From contig NW_005434630.1 in the NCBI RefSeq assembly GCF_000315625.1, positions 124,001 to 188,000 of the forward strand: DNA of 64,000 nucleotides, in the 5' to 3' direction. The notes under the pieces were generated by a model, which was given only the letters and a program-made list of their open reading frames with translations, made no database searches and was not told where the DNA came from. Positions within the stretch are counted from its first letter, which is position 1. Every line of letters begins with the position of its first letter. Source of the DNA: Guillardia theta CCMP2712 (taxonomy: Eukaryota > Protista > Cryptophyta). Both the position numbers and the translations under genes were made by a program. Positions 35,441 to 49,800 of this stretch are shown here, one piece after another.

Positions 35441-37136
35441 TCACGATGGCAACCACACTACAAGGATAGAGATATCATCATGCACCTGCAAAATACATGA
35501 AGATTTCAGTACTAGAGCTTGTTGGAGAAGCAACCCCTCCAGGGACAGCACACCTGCCTCCTCTTTGAACCTGGTTCGAGGTCCATCACATAATCTACTC
35601 CGTAACTGTGTGACCGCATTAAAATATGGCAGCACACTTGATTCAGCGGTACCGTTTCGAAACAGGGTTTGCACTCAGAGCTCCCCACAATAGTTTACAT
35701 GCTGCGTTCCTTGATTCATTCTCCATCTGAACCATTGTAAGAATCTAAAAGCAAGCAGGTGTACTTGCAAGCTTCAATAACCTGCTGAATCAACTGGTGA
35801 TTATGACCAGAAAAAAAATCGTGTTCACCACTGTAGAAACAGTTAAAGGAGCTAGATGATGTTTTCATCTTGTAGGGTTGATACCTTGCAGAGACCTCTG
35901 CTGGACTATAAGACGTTTTCTTGCTTTGGGCAAGGATACACCTGAAATAAGAAAAACTTTTAGAACAAAGATAATCAACAAGCAATGCAACATCACTTGT
36001 CTAGGATCTTCGCGCATTCGTCATTGGTCAACTCATCCCAGAGACCGTCAGATGCTGTGAATGAAAGCATTAGGAAGTGGCTGATCAAAGCAAAACTGGG
36101 AAAAAGCATTGATCGAAAAATCTTACCCAAAACAAGCATCTTTTCTTTCTTCGTGATTGGAATTTCAAAAAAATCTGGCGAAACAGAAACGTATGGAGGA
36201 GACTTCAACTCTCCACCAACGTACGGGCGTACGTGGTCAGGGAGCGCTTTGTTAAATTCGTAATCCTGTTTCAAATCCGATGAGAAATACACGACTTGGT
36301 AAAACACATGCACCTTCAAGAATAAATCTCCAATGGCCCTGGATACCTGCTCGATGAGTCAGGAGTGTTGCACAGCACTCATCTTTAACAAACTATCACA
36401 CCTGCAGAGTGCCCTTCACATACCAAGAGCCCGACTTTTGTACGAATTGCACAGCATCCACCTCGTCAGGATGCTCACGCAAGATCTTTTCACGTTCGAT
36501 AGCGTTCGATGCATTGTGCTCTCTGGTGACTTGGATAGCAGTATGCTTCCCATCCTCACCCTCGCTGATTAGGATCGCCCTACAGTCGCCGAGATTTCCA
36601 ACTACAACCTTTTCTCTCGTCACGTGTGCAACAAGTGCACAGGAACCCTCAAGAGATGCTGACCAATCGCCCCTTCGAATCAAAATTCTTGAATGATCTA
36701 TCCAACCATTCTCAAAGAGCTGAAACAGTCTTCGCACTATGCTCTGTGACGCCGTAAGCCCTTCAGAAGCTTGTGCTAAGAGCGATGGGGTGTTGGCTCG
36801 ACAGAATTCAGAGGCCCGAGGCCCGTAATGACCATCAAACACTCCATACACCACTCCTTCGCCATTCTTTACAATCACCATCCGATCTTCAGACTCCTGA
36901 TTTGCCCCGATGCATGCCCAATCAGCCCGAACAGAGTTCACTTGCTCAGTGCCCCACTCAGGAACCTTTCCTGTTGCGCCCAGTAAGGAAGACCTCTGTC
37001 CGCCCTTTCCACCAGGGTCTCGCAGGTTGTTGCAAAGAGCGAAGGTGGTAAAGCCCGTTGTTGTAGCGGCTATAACGACGGCTCTCTTTGAGAGAGTTCT
37101 GGCGGCTGATGGCATAGTTCTTTTCCAGAACCACAT
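35441..37136 (-). CDS. PP2C/PPM protein phosphatase (PDP / plant clade-D-like), probable mitochondrial presequence
   Basis: SEDRMVI; YGVFDGHYG; GSCALVA; VGNLGDCRAIL; TREHNA; VKGTLQ|VSRAIGD; PPYVSVSPD; ASDGLWD; HDDISILVV. N-terminus is Arg/Ala/Thr-rich. Confidence 0.92.
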
Positions 37137-38682
37137 CCTGAAGAATTAATTATAAGGGGAGGGAGAGATCAAAAGTGTCGAGACACAAACACAGGAACAG
37201 ATGACGGAAATCCAACATTCGGGTGTCTCAGCAAATACAAGGGGATGCAACTCTTTGTTGTATCTAACAAACATAACAACTCTTACTGCTGCATAAAATT
37301 GATACATTTTTGCTTATACCACAACCATCATTCTAAGAACAGCACTTATACAGTTTTCAACTCATCGTCCAAAGCATGGTCAAAGTGCTCAATAGACTAA
37401 AAAATTCGAAAACTGACACGTCCTCAATTCGAACATCAAGTTGGCTTTCTCAAAGAAAGCTTCTACTAGAAATTATCTTTTTCATGTCATCAGCTATCAG
37501 AACGGCGGGCTTGGTCCCATTCGTTGCTTTGCTCAAGCTAAATGTACCCTGATTTCCAGTTCGTTCTTGCTCCAAAAAAATCTAGACCTAATCATTCACC
37601 CTCAACGATCGCATGACTGATCTGTTTCTTTTGTCAAGTATAACATCAAGCATGCCGATACTAGCTTTCTTGACCTTCCCCTCCATTTTCCTGCAAGATC
37701 CTCCGCGTCGATTATTGCTTCTTTGAAGAACCAAACTTTCACCGCACTGTATCTCTGCAGAACCATATCAATCCATCTACACTCGGACGGTGTCAACTAT
37801 TCCCCTGTGCACATCGCACCATGAAATTTTCGTGGTTGTCCGAGCTTCGCCTCTCCATTCATTATCCTTCCCTTCCCATTCCCCTCTTGCAGAGTTGCTG
37901 TATGCAGGCCATTGCGCTGCGAGGGGCGACTTGGGGTCCCACGCCTAGGGGGTAGGGGTACAAAAATTCTTGGTCGAATGGGTGGGTACTGAAGACATCG
38001 TAGGTTGGTAGAGACAGCACCGGTAAATATATATCGCAAATCCTTTTCATACGGTGGGTACTACGAGGAGATGGTTACTTCAAAGGGGGTACTCATATTG
38101 AGCAAGGGGTGATGCTGAAACAGGGGGGTAACCCCCGGGGTAGTGAGAAGCCGAGGAGTTGTGGAGCGCAGAGTACAATTATCACAGGGGGTTAGTTTGA
38201 GTGAGAATTTGGAATAACGACATTACAAAATTTCATTATTTATCAAATGGATTGGAGTTATTTTCAAAAAGTAAAATAGTATCAAAAAGTTGTGGTGTTT
38301 TTTGGAATCTCAGGGTGGTACATCTGTTTTCCAATCAATCTGTACTGCTATTGAACCTCAGTAATTTTTATTTACTCAATATTCAATTCTAGTACCGATT
38401 AATTTACTCTCTATGCAGTTTCACGGGTAAACAGACTAAGAGACGCATCGAAGAGAGCGAACCGTTGCGCTCTCATGTCTAGCCTCGTCAGTGTCCGCTT
38501 AACTTTGAGTAAAGTCCGGTTGCACGCGGGGGCCGGGCGGGCTAAGGTAGTTCGGCCGAGCCGGGATCGGATCATCGTCGGATGATCGGCCGTAGGAGGT
38601 CGCTACCGTACCGTAGCCTCGGCGAGTTTACCATGGTACAGTGACTCCATCGAGGCTCATTCTGCAACGTTCGTTTTCAAAG

Positions 38683-40700
38683 TCACTTGCAAGACAACAG
38701 GCAATGTACAGCTTTTTGCGTCTCTGACCGTATGCTTCGAAGGTGAGAAATCATGAATTGTTTCTCGTCTTCTGTGGGAGATTTCTGCTCCCGTTGCCTT
38801 CTGATATGAAAATTGAGAAAGCATTGTGTTTGTGATAACTTACAAAGATATTGGTCGTGGACGGGCATGATTGACAAGCCTGGTGCAATGTGAGCAGCAC
38901 GACGAAAGGACGAGAGTTGCTCACGAGAAAGTCTGCATGCCGTGGATGTTCCCGTGTTCTTCACACACTTGTCAAGACAGACACATTCGACCGAAAAATG
39001 CTTGACCTTCATCAGTGAGAAGATTGTTTGGAGAGACGTGCTTTCCGCTCTCGACTCTCCTATCTGAACGCGAAGTACGCGGACTAGTTCATCCAGAAAA
39101 TTGTCAGCATCAAGGAGCAAGGCAGCAGCAAAAATTCCTCAAACCTCTCGTAAGAAGGCCTTTTCACTAACGATCCCTTTGGATCCTAAATGGCGCCAGT
39201 CAGAAGACAAATTCATGATGCAAGGATAGAAGTTTACAAGTTTCCCATACTGAAACCGAGGGGATGAAGAGACAAATGACGAAGACTGACGCGAACGATC
39301 GCGCACTTGGATGGCTGTGTTTGAAATGATTAGAAACGACAAGATTCCCAGAAAGCAGGAGCTGCCATTCAGGAGATGAGATTTTGTCGTTTCTTCACTG
39401 GTAGATAGTTTCAAATCATCATGATTGCAATCTATCAAATCACTCACGTCCGTGGGATGCCGGCAAGATGGAGCTTCTTGAGCTGTCTCTGCAATTCGAA
39501 TTCCTGATCACCATCATTACATCAGCAACTACTGATTTTCATATCATTCATGACGAAGTACTTGATCGCCTTCTTCCTCGGGCTCAATGTCCGAGTCCGG
39601 AATAGTAGTATTGTACAAAAGCTGTTGAACCCCAGAGGGAGAGGATCAGATCAGCTATTTGCAGATACACAACACCGGGTGATGCTTTGCGAGGCCATGT
39701 CGTGGTTCTGAGGGAGCAAACAACAATCAGAACGCACGCATTCTTCGAGGGAGCCTCGGTCTGCTCACGTTGGGTCATGAAGGCTTGGGATACTGCTGTC
39801 CCACCGTTCGCTCCTGTTGGGTCCGTCACTGATTTGTTCACTATCCACCTCAAGAAAATGTCCATCACGTGCGATCTTGAAAGGAGGTACGTATCTCTTC
39901 GCTTCAAGGTCGTACGATTCCTGAGACAGAAAACCTTCACTCATCAACCTGACGAGGCGCGCAAAGGACTGAACCTGAGTGGATACCATCGGAAGACATG
40001 TAAGCCTCGTAGCAACATTCCTTGTCTCGATGTTTGCAAACCTGACCATTGAGCCGTGGTTATCATGAATGCTGCCTTTGAAACCTGGCATTTCTACATT
40101 GAGAGTGGAGCTGTTGAATACCGATCATGAGAATAAAGTCTTGGGATTGCATTCTATGACCCAGAAGCAATGTCACAAGCTACGAGTTATCTCGATGAGG
40201 AACAAACCTTTTTCCTCATTTTCTCGTCGTTCTCGAGGGTAGAGTAACATCCTATCCTGTTGAGATTTCACTCAGATCACGGGTTTCAATGTGATTATCA
40301 TCAAAGACCTCCCATCAGTAGACACCCTACTGTACAACGTTAGTCAACTTGAAAATCGCATTTAAGCATAGTATGCATTAAGCTTTACCCGATGTTTGTT
40401 TCTCGAAATGGTTTGTACTCGATTTGCTGGGAATTATCTCGGTAGCCTCGAAAGCCTCTCATGAACCACAGGCTCAATATCCTTGCGGAAATTTCAATCG
40501 TCAAGTTCGGATGTGTTGCATTTTCATTCCTGAGAATTCAAAAGGAGACGTTTCTTACCAAAGACGAATTCTGTAGGCTTTCAATGTGCAAATTTGAGAA
40601 TCGAGCACTGCGGCAGCAGAATACTTCACTTTCTGAGCAGCTACCTCAACACCATGAGACTCGGAGGGTTTCCGCCTTCATTGCAATGTTTTCTGACAGC
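38683..40700 (-). CDS. Hypothetical multi-exon protein
   Basis: Series of minus-strand open segments (38683-39120, 39139-39447, 39584-40091) with splice-like boundaries. No recognisable domain. Confidence 0.4.
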
Positions 40701-40727
40701 ATTTTGACTAGCGGTTGAAACTGTTCT

Positions 40728-40761
40728 TTTACTCAAAGTTAAGTTAAAAATCAGTACGAGG
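40728..40761 (+). promoter_or_regulatory. Recurrent intergenic motif TTTACTCAAAGTTAAGTTAAAAATCAGTACGAGG (other copies 11403-11432 +, 22835-22866 -, 22915-22952 -, 38483-38514 -)
   Basis: The 15-nt core TTACTCAAAGTTAAG is identical in four copies and a variant forms the fifth. Function is inferred. Confidence 0.55.
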
Positions 40762-40871
40762 ACATACGGTAGTACGGCTCAGTGTCACACAGCGGCCGCG
40801 ATGAGAGAGAGCCCGGTGCCCGAGCCTGCCTCAGTGAGCTACAACTTGTCTTGTTATCCTAGTGTGGAGGC

Positions 40872-43800
40872 ATGGTGCAGCCCGCACAGTTAAAGTTCAG
40901 ACCTTTGCTGCCTGTTTGCTGCTACCGGCCGACAGTTCGTGTGAAGCAGCGGGGCCCCGAGATGGCGCGAGAGGAGCCATGGTTCCGAGGGAGCATGGGG
41001 CGTCGCAGGAACAGAAACCTTTCCCTCATGCTCTTTGGTGTCACCCTGGTGAGCATGTTAGATATCAGAAAGAATTCGAGGAGCAAAGGAGTACTTGCAC
41101 AAACATGCAACGTGAGCGAAATTTGTCAGTGTTTTGGACATGGACAATGCAAATGTTCCATGGATCCAGTTGCAAGTACTCGATGTCAATGCGATCTCGG
41201 TTGGGATCCAAAGACAAATTGTTCAACTCTCCTTCCTTGCAAATCCACAAAAGGTACTGTGCCTGATCTGGATTCGTCCATTGATACATGTCCGCAGACT
41301 GCAATGGACATGGGATTTGTTTAAGCAACGGAAAATGCGAGTGTGATGTTGGATTTGCGGATGTATTTTGCGATAAAATTTTATGTAAGAAAATTCCACT
41401 TGACCTATTGATTTCTCATGTGAATTTGAACAGGTCCCAGGAATTGCAGCGGAAATGGATTTTGCGATCTCCTTTCTGGGCTGTGTTCCTGTGATTTGGG
41501 GTGGGAAGGATCTTCTTGTTCAAGCAAGACTTGTATTTGGAATTGCACCAATGGACAGTGTGTTGATGGGCAATGTGAATGTGATACCGGGTAAGTGCCT
41601 TCCACATTGACTTCTTTCCTCATTGTTTGAGATAGATATTCGGGAGTGGACTGTAGTATTTTTTCTTGTCCGAGCAAATGTTCAGGTCATGGAATCTGTG
41701 ATGTTGGATTCAAGAGATGTCAATGCACTGCATGGTAATCTTGCTTCAGATTGATGTGTTTCTTGACTAGTCTCAGGTACACGGGTCCTGATTGTTCGAT
41801 AGCTCTTTGTCCTTTCGACTGCTGGGGTCATGGTGTATGTCTAGACGGAAAATGTATTTGCGATCAATCATGGACTGGTTTTGATTGCTCACTGCCAAAC
41901 TGTCCTAATGGCTGTTCTGGAAGAGGAATTTGTCAGGTGACAACATATCACTTGTGCTGCAAAATTGTGAAGTGCTTCGTAGGGCAATGGAATATGTCAG
42001 TGTCAGCAGGGATTCTTTGGACCGTCTTGTGATCAAAGGTCTTGCTTAGTGCCTGACTGTAGTGGACATGGATTTTGCATGAACGGGACGTGTGTATGTG
42101 ATCCTAGTTGGATCGGCATCGGCTGCGAAAGCAAGGTAATTTGACTTTCATTGCTTTTTGTGCTTGATGTTGTTGACCATGGTTCAACAGATTGGAAATC
42201 TGAGCTGTCCGAGCCATTGCAGCGGTCATGGAGTGTGTCAACAAGGCCTTTGTATCTGTGACATAGGCTGGAGTGGGGAGGACTGTTCTAATGCTGTTCA
42301 ATGTCCAGCCAATTGCATGAACCATGGAGCTTGTATCAACGGGACTTGCGCGTGCACTTTGGGATGGACAGGCATCGATTGTTCTGTGCCGAGCATCAAC
42401 TCATCCTTAATCTGTGACTGCAAGAGTGCCTGGAATGATCCTCTCTGCAATTGTACAACTCCCACAATGGTCACGAATTCCAAAAGTATTCCGTCGTCGA
42501 CATGTCCGTCAAATTGTAGCGGACATGGTCTTTGTAGTCAAGGGAAATGCGTGTGTGACCCTGGTTTCTCTGGGCAAAGCTGTCAATATTTGACCGCTAC
42601 GTCATCTTCAGTTCAGTGTGTGAACAATTGCTCAGGACATGGTACTTGTTCACCATTTGGATGTGTTTGTGACAGTACGTGGTTCTTTGTAGATTGTTCA
42701 ATGCAAGTCGTACCGCAGTCGATTTGTAAATGGAATTGCTCCGGGCGGGGAATCTGTTCAAATGGAATTTGCCAGTGTGATCCGGGATATCACGGGGTCG
42801 GCTGCGAATCCGCATATTCCATCTCTTGGGTATCAAATTGTATCAACAATTGTTCATCGCATGGTGTTTGCACGAATGGAACATGTTTATGTGATCAAGG
42901 ATACATGGGCGATGACTGTCATTCCATAATTCAAACATGGCATCCACTTAGAATCTCAAATAATACGATATCACGTATACCCCTCATCCCTTCGTGCGAA
43001 TTTTTCGGGTGCTCAGGACATGGAAGTTGTGCCAACGGTGTTTGCGTATGTGATCCCTACTACTATGGTTGGCGTTGCGAAAATTTCATAACAATGCCAT
43101 GCCCTAATGATTGCTCTCTGCATGGAAATTGTATGAATGGAACATGTATTTGTGATTTGCACTGGGGTGGAAAGGATTGTTCAATTTTCGAATCATGTGA
43201 TCCTTTTTCTTCAACGCCGCCTTGTTCAGGCCGGGGAAATTGCCTCAATGGTACTTGCACTTGTAATGAAGGCTGGAGAGGTTATGATTGCTCAATCCCA
43301 ACTTGTGCTAAAGGATGCTCGGGTCATGGTTTTTGTGCAAACAGTACCTGCATTTGTGATTATGGTTGGGCTGGAGTCGAATGTAGCGAGCTTCAATGCA
43401 TAAATGATTGCTCCGGACATGGCGTTTGTGTGCTTCAAGAAAAGCCAACCTGTGCCTGTGTGGAAGGATGGGCAGGAGCAGACTGCTCTTTCAAACAATG
43501 TCCTACCAGCGCAGCCTTTCTAGTGCCATATGAACCATGTTCTGGTCATGGAGCATGTTTGCAGAATGGAACTTGTGAATGTTACACAAACTATCGCGGA
43601 CTAGATTGCGCGATCTTGTACGACTGCTCTGGAGCCGGCAAGAGGGTTTGTGGGAAATGTATCTGTGATGAAGGATTCAAGGGCATTGATTGTTCGATTG
43701 ATATGTGCAAAGACAGCAGAATAATGAATCCATTGTTTCCTGGGATCTACTCCAAGTCGACAGTATGCTCTGGTAATGGCACATGCACCACCAGCAAGGG

Positions 43801-46800
43801 CTGTGTCTGCAATTTCGGTGCTGGAGTGAACTGTTCATCTCCAGCATTCTGTCCGTCAAGGTGCAGCGGACATGGGAGATGTGTGGGTTTGAACGGGTTG
43901 GCAAATGATAAAGGAAGTTGTATATGCGACAACTACACCATCCAGGATAGTCCGTTCCCCACTCCGATGTACATTGGAACATTTTGTGAAACATTGGTGT
44001 GTCCCGGTTATGATGTCAACACACAAACGCAGTGCTCAGGGCATGGCATCTGTCAGAGTAATTACAGATGCTTTTGCTCTTCGTATGGACCCAATCAGCA
44101 AAGCACCTATGAGGGAGCAGACTGCGGTCTATTGCAGTTCGGGGCATTCAGTGTGGACTCAATCAGCCCAGCGGTGGGACCACTGCAAGGAGATACTATA
44201 GTAACGATGAGGGGTGTTGGGCTAGATCGCATCATCAACTCGTATGGTGGTCGGGTGTATTGTGACTTTGCAGTCGGTACGTTAACGATTGCAGAGTATG
44301 GCGATTACCGTGACATGATACTCTGCCCAAGTCCTCCAACTCTTTCTCAGCAGACAATCGTTATCAAGCTTCTCAATTCGCAAAGAGCTATCATCACCAA
44401 ATTTACCAACAACTTTCAGTTTGAGTATTACCCAGAACCTTCAATCCTTCAGCTAATCCCCTCATTTCTTCCTTTGCGCCCTTTAATTGCAAACCAAACG
44501 TACACTACGGCGAACTTTGCAAATGTCATCACAGTTGTTGGCTCGTACTTTCCAAGGGATGGGATTTATCAAGTTAAATTTGAAGATTGCACTTCACAGC
44601 CTGGAACTTACTTGAGCGAGACTTCAATTCAGATCTACGTTCCCCAGCTGCCCACAGGTGGAAAATATTTCCTGCAGGTTACAGCCAATGGACAACAATA
44701 TACCACTCCCTCTGAATCATTTCCAAAGCTTACAGTCTATGAAATCACAAAAATTTTCCCTCCATGTGTCGCATCGCAAGGAACGGATGTCGTTACCGTG
44801 ATAGGTAAATATCTGGTCGATCCGTCAGACTCTACTAGGGTCAACGCAAATCCCTACTGCCGATTTGGTACAGTCACCTTTCAAGGGCAGACCATAGCAT
44901 ATGGAGCCTCAAAAACAGATCCAGACTTTAGGTATTTCGCGTTTCACTCTCCGGCGTATGAAAGTACCACGTTACCTGGTGCGCTCGAATGCAACGCTCC
45001 TGATGCACCTGTCATGGACAATTCCTTCGCCCTCTCGTTGAATGCTGATAAATTTACTCCTTACGAATTTACTCCTCGCCAGCTTGATCCCTTCTATCTG
45101 GGTCAATACGATTACACGCCTTCTATTCAAGTTCAAACCTTCTACTTGCCCGTACTGAACATGTCACAGGGACCGATCACTCCTTCCATCGGACCTATCA
45201 ATGGTGGAACTATCATCACGGTTGTAGGCAATGGCTTCAATTACAGCAAATACAACCCACTGACAGGTGCAACAATACAAAGCAAGCAAATATTTGATTA
45301 TAAGCCCTACTGCAATCCTTTCCCGGTACCGCAATGTTCGTTTGGGTCTATGAGAACTTCAAGCTTAACCATCATCTCCGACACCAAACTGACTTGTGTA
45401 TCGCCGAAGATGACGGACTTCCTCACAACACCTCGACCTTATTCTTTCAGCATAGGCCTGGATGGTCAATCGTTCACTACTGCAAACATTCACTTTCAAT
45501 ATTTTCCAAACTTACAGATCCACAGAGTTTCTCCTTCAAGTGGCCCGGTGAATGGTGGAACTCGGCTCACGGTTTTTGGGAGCGGGTTTGTGAATCCAGG
45601 AAGCTTTCAAAACATCTGGTACCTTTATTGTGTGTTCACGACGAGCAGCTTTCCGAGGATCAGGTATCAAACCATAGCAAGTTATACCAACACGAGCGTT
45701 GTGCAATGCTTGTCGCCTTTGAATCTTGGCTCTCCTGTGAATTTAAAAGTAGATGTCTCTCTTAATGGAGAGTTTCGTGATGATCAACTCTCTGGCAGCT
45801 CAGTAACCTTTGCGGTTTATTTCAACCCCTTCATCCGTCTCCTGCAAAATTCGTTTAGCTCTGTAAAAGGAAACGAAGTCATCACGATTTTAGGGAATAA
45901 CTTTCTGAACTATGATACTCTTTCCTGTCGATTTGGCTCTGATTCAAACATCGTTCGTGCAAAGTTTGTCACGAGCAGTCAAATTTCCTGCCTGACTCCG
46001 ATACAAAACAATCCCCTTACAGTTCCATTTCAAGTTTCCTTGAACCAGAAAGATTTCAGCAGCAATGTCGTTCCATTCTATTTCTTTGCATTTGGATCAA
46101 TCACACCTTCAGACGCTTACCTTCGAGAGGAGACTCGATTGAACCTGACATTGAAATTTGATTCAAGCAATGAGACTAAGAGGGATTTGATCGAAAAAAC
46201 AGGGTCTGACTATTTTAATTTCCTGCTGAAATTTGACTCAAATATGTATGCCTTAAGCGCTGTAAGCTCTAGTTTCGATCCATCAAGCTCATCACTGATT
46301 GCAAACTTCGATGTTTCGATGGGTGAATGGTGCTCAAAATACATATCCACTTGTACTCCACAGAGCTTCTCAGTTTTATTTTCAATTACCCCGATTCCAG
46401 CGTTCGCCAATTCAAATGTCTTCAATTTTACTCTCACAGTCTTTTCCCTTGTTCTTCAAGGTGTGATTCCTCCAAACTTCACCAAGTCAAATGTGATTTT
46501 CTTGAAAGATGGTCGTTCGTATCCGATCACTTTCATTTACGGAGCTTCATACTTTTCTTCAAACCTTACATGTTATTTTCTGCCTTGCAATCGAACTTGT
46601 CCTGAGAATATTTCGAGCAACAGCATTTCATTTCTCAACAAGGCTGCAGCAAGAGTGAATGTGTCCACCTCACAAATCAGTTGTATTGCACCCAGTGTGA
46701 ATTCAAGTAGCTCGATCAATTCTTACTTATCTACAGTTGGCAACGCTCATACATTGTCAAATCAAACGTTTCGTATTGATTACATTTCTCCTCCCAAGAT

Positions 46801-49800
46801 TAACTTCACAACAATTGCAATCTTTTCCACTAGGACCAAAGTTTCCTTCCGATTGGAATGGTTTGACACCACACACGTTGATCTGAACAGACTCTCTTGC
46901 GTGTTCTTTTCCATCTCATCGCAGGCATTGAAATTCACCCGTGCGACATTCTACGCTGACAATAACATGATAGACTGTGATCTCCCGAACCTCCCTGGAC
47001 CTCAAAACTGGGATCCAATTTATGGCGTTGACAAGTACATTCTAGCGATCAGTCTGAATGAACGCGATCCTTGCATCGATTGCTCCAAGTTGAACACCAA
47101 ACAAGCTGTCATCAGCAATGCTAACTCTGGCACTAATAAGTTTGGGTTTAACTCCCAGACGAACAGTTACTGCGGATCGAACCCAGCGGATTTCAATACA
47201 GCTTTCTGCATTGAATCTCAAAATGGTGACTTTGCGCATTTGTACGTGGTTCAGGAGCCAACAAAGATCTACATATCACCTCCTGCACTGCTTCTAAGCG
47301 ATCAAGGATCGTCGAATGCCATTGTATTTCTCTCAGGACCAAATCTGCAATATCTGAATTGGAGGAATTGGCCGTCGTCATGGCCTTGGAATCCAAAGGA
47401 GAATTGCACAAGCTTTCCCAAACTTGGGAGAGATGTTGCTTGCAAGGTCATTTATTCCGGTACAACCAAGACAGTGCAAGGCTACTTTGACTTCTGCACA
47501 CAAAAGCTTGCTATCAACATTTCTGCAGTTTTGAAGGATATATCATCATCTCAGACATCGTCAAGTGTTTCTGTTATTTTTCAGCTGAATTTGCTTGATA
47601 GTACAGATTACTATCAAGTAGGTACAAATTTGGTAGTTTACACGAATTCCATTTGTCTACAACTTGATGGTATTGAGTGCGGCTACGGAACGTGTGTCAA
47701 GAGTCAGAACAACAATCAGTGTAAATGCTACAACAACACTTTCAAGACTGCAGCTTGGGATCTTGGATGTTTCGTCAGCCCGACCATCGACAGCATATCT
47801 CCTGCTCTGGCACCAGCGTCAGTGAGAGCGCGTGTCACGCAAGTTGTGTTGAACATGACTCTGTGGCAAACCACTTACTTCTCAACGACTTCAAACCCAT
47901 GGAATGTGTACGAGAACTGGCCGTTTGTATGCATATTTGGAAATGCGTCCAAGACTACTTCAGTGCAGTTGCTTCCTGTGGACAATGCGAAATCGATTCA
48001 CCGAAGTTTCTCTTGTCCGGTCCCCTCATACGATTTCTCTCCGGGAATCATAAATTTCTCTGTAGCTCCAATATACAACGACTCTATCTCATATCCATCT
48101 ATCTCATATCCATTTGGTACTTTCGAGTTTGAGTTCTATCGGCAACCTACCATTTTGTTTGCAACCATTTCCCGCAACGCTTCACTCTGGTATAATTTGA
48201 CCTTTCCTACCTGTTCTTCTCCTGTGTTACAACAGTGTGACTCAACTGTGTTTGTTGTCCAAGTTTTCGGCTACAATTTCTCCGATTTTCCTCCAGCTAC
48301 TTGTAAATTTGAAAGTTCATCGGGATCAAGTTCTCAGAGTGTGAAATTGGAATACATCTCAAGCTCGCTGATAAATTGCCCTCTACCATCTCTGTCATTC
48401 CCGGGACAATACGCCCTGTCTGTGTCAATGAACGGTCAAGAGTACATTGAGAAATCTTTTGACGTTCACTTCTATGAGCAGCCGTCAGTTTTCATCAATG
48501 ATACAACAAACTTGGGAGGTCTGATAGTCAATCAAGAGAATTCCATCAATCAGCTAAAGCAAGTTTATGGCACCGATGCTTCGTTTATTTCTTCTATTTC
48601 TTTCAATTCGAGGGTGACGGGAGCTCCCATACATGGGGGCACACCTTTGATTCTTTACCTTTCGACACAGTGCTCTCATTGCCAAGAGAACCTTCTTCAG
48701 TTCAGGAATGACTTGAGCATCAGGTTTGTTCCGTGCCCTTCGAGCACCAGCGATTGTTCATGCTTCTCCCCGAACGCTTACGAGGCTTTGAACCTCAGCC
48801 TGGGAATGTTCTCTCAGAATTATGCTGAATTGCAGATGTTCTCTCCAAGCATCAGAAGCTCCGACAGTGGAAACTTTCGTGTTTGTTTCGCTCTTGATGG
48901 CATACACTTCCTCCCGTTACAAACTTGCTCAATCTTGTCGCCAGATTGTGCTCGACGATATTTTGATTTTCAGTTCTATCCTCCTCCGATCATCACCAGG
49001 GTTGCAAGCCACTATTACCCTATAGATCTACCAGACAATCGTCAAGTTCAAGTAAAACTGTTTGGATCGCATTTCTTTCAACACTATCTGAGCTATCAGA
49101 GCCTGGTTTTGATTCTCGGCAATCAAGAAAGTGTATTAGCTCAAATCGATCAATCACTCATCATATTCAATCAAAATGGCGACGAGCTTCAGTTTCCCCT
49201 CCCACCACTGAATCTGAACTCGAATCTGAGAGTGAACATCACCATCTCCCTTAACGGCCATGACTATTTAGCGTTGAATTCTCGGTTGAGTGAAATCTTC
49301 ATTTACAAGTATCCATTACTCGATCACATCACGCCAAGACTCGGTCCTAACAACTTCGCGACAAACATTACAATTTATGGAAGCTACTTCAGCAAACTAC
49401 CACAAATGATGTGTAAACTCTCTTCTTTATGTCCCGACGACTCTTGTTCATGTTCAAATCAAGACTTCTACAGGTACGTGAACGCATTTTTTATCTCCGA
49501 CAAGAGCGTCGTCTGTCCGCAGAAAGAAGTGATCAATTCCACAAGCGGAAAGATCATCAATTCCACCTGTATCGCTTTTACACCTGATGCGAGCGATAAC
49601 TTTCAACTGATGTATCCTTCAGTTGCCCCATACTTGCTTCAGTCTCCAAAGGAATCCAAGTTTCGGATGATTAATCCAACTCTACCCCTGAATATTTCCA
49701 GCCGGGCTCTGACTTTACAAGCATCAAATTTCACTCTTGCGATGAGAAAATCTTTCCCCACATTGTCGGAAGCGAAGAGCAATTGTTACAACTTATCAGA

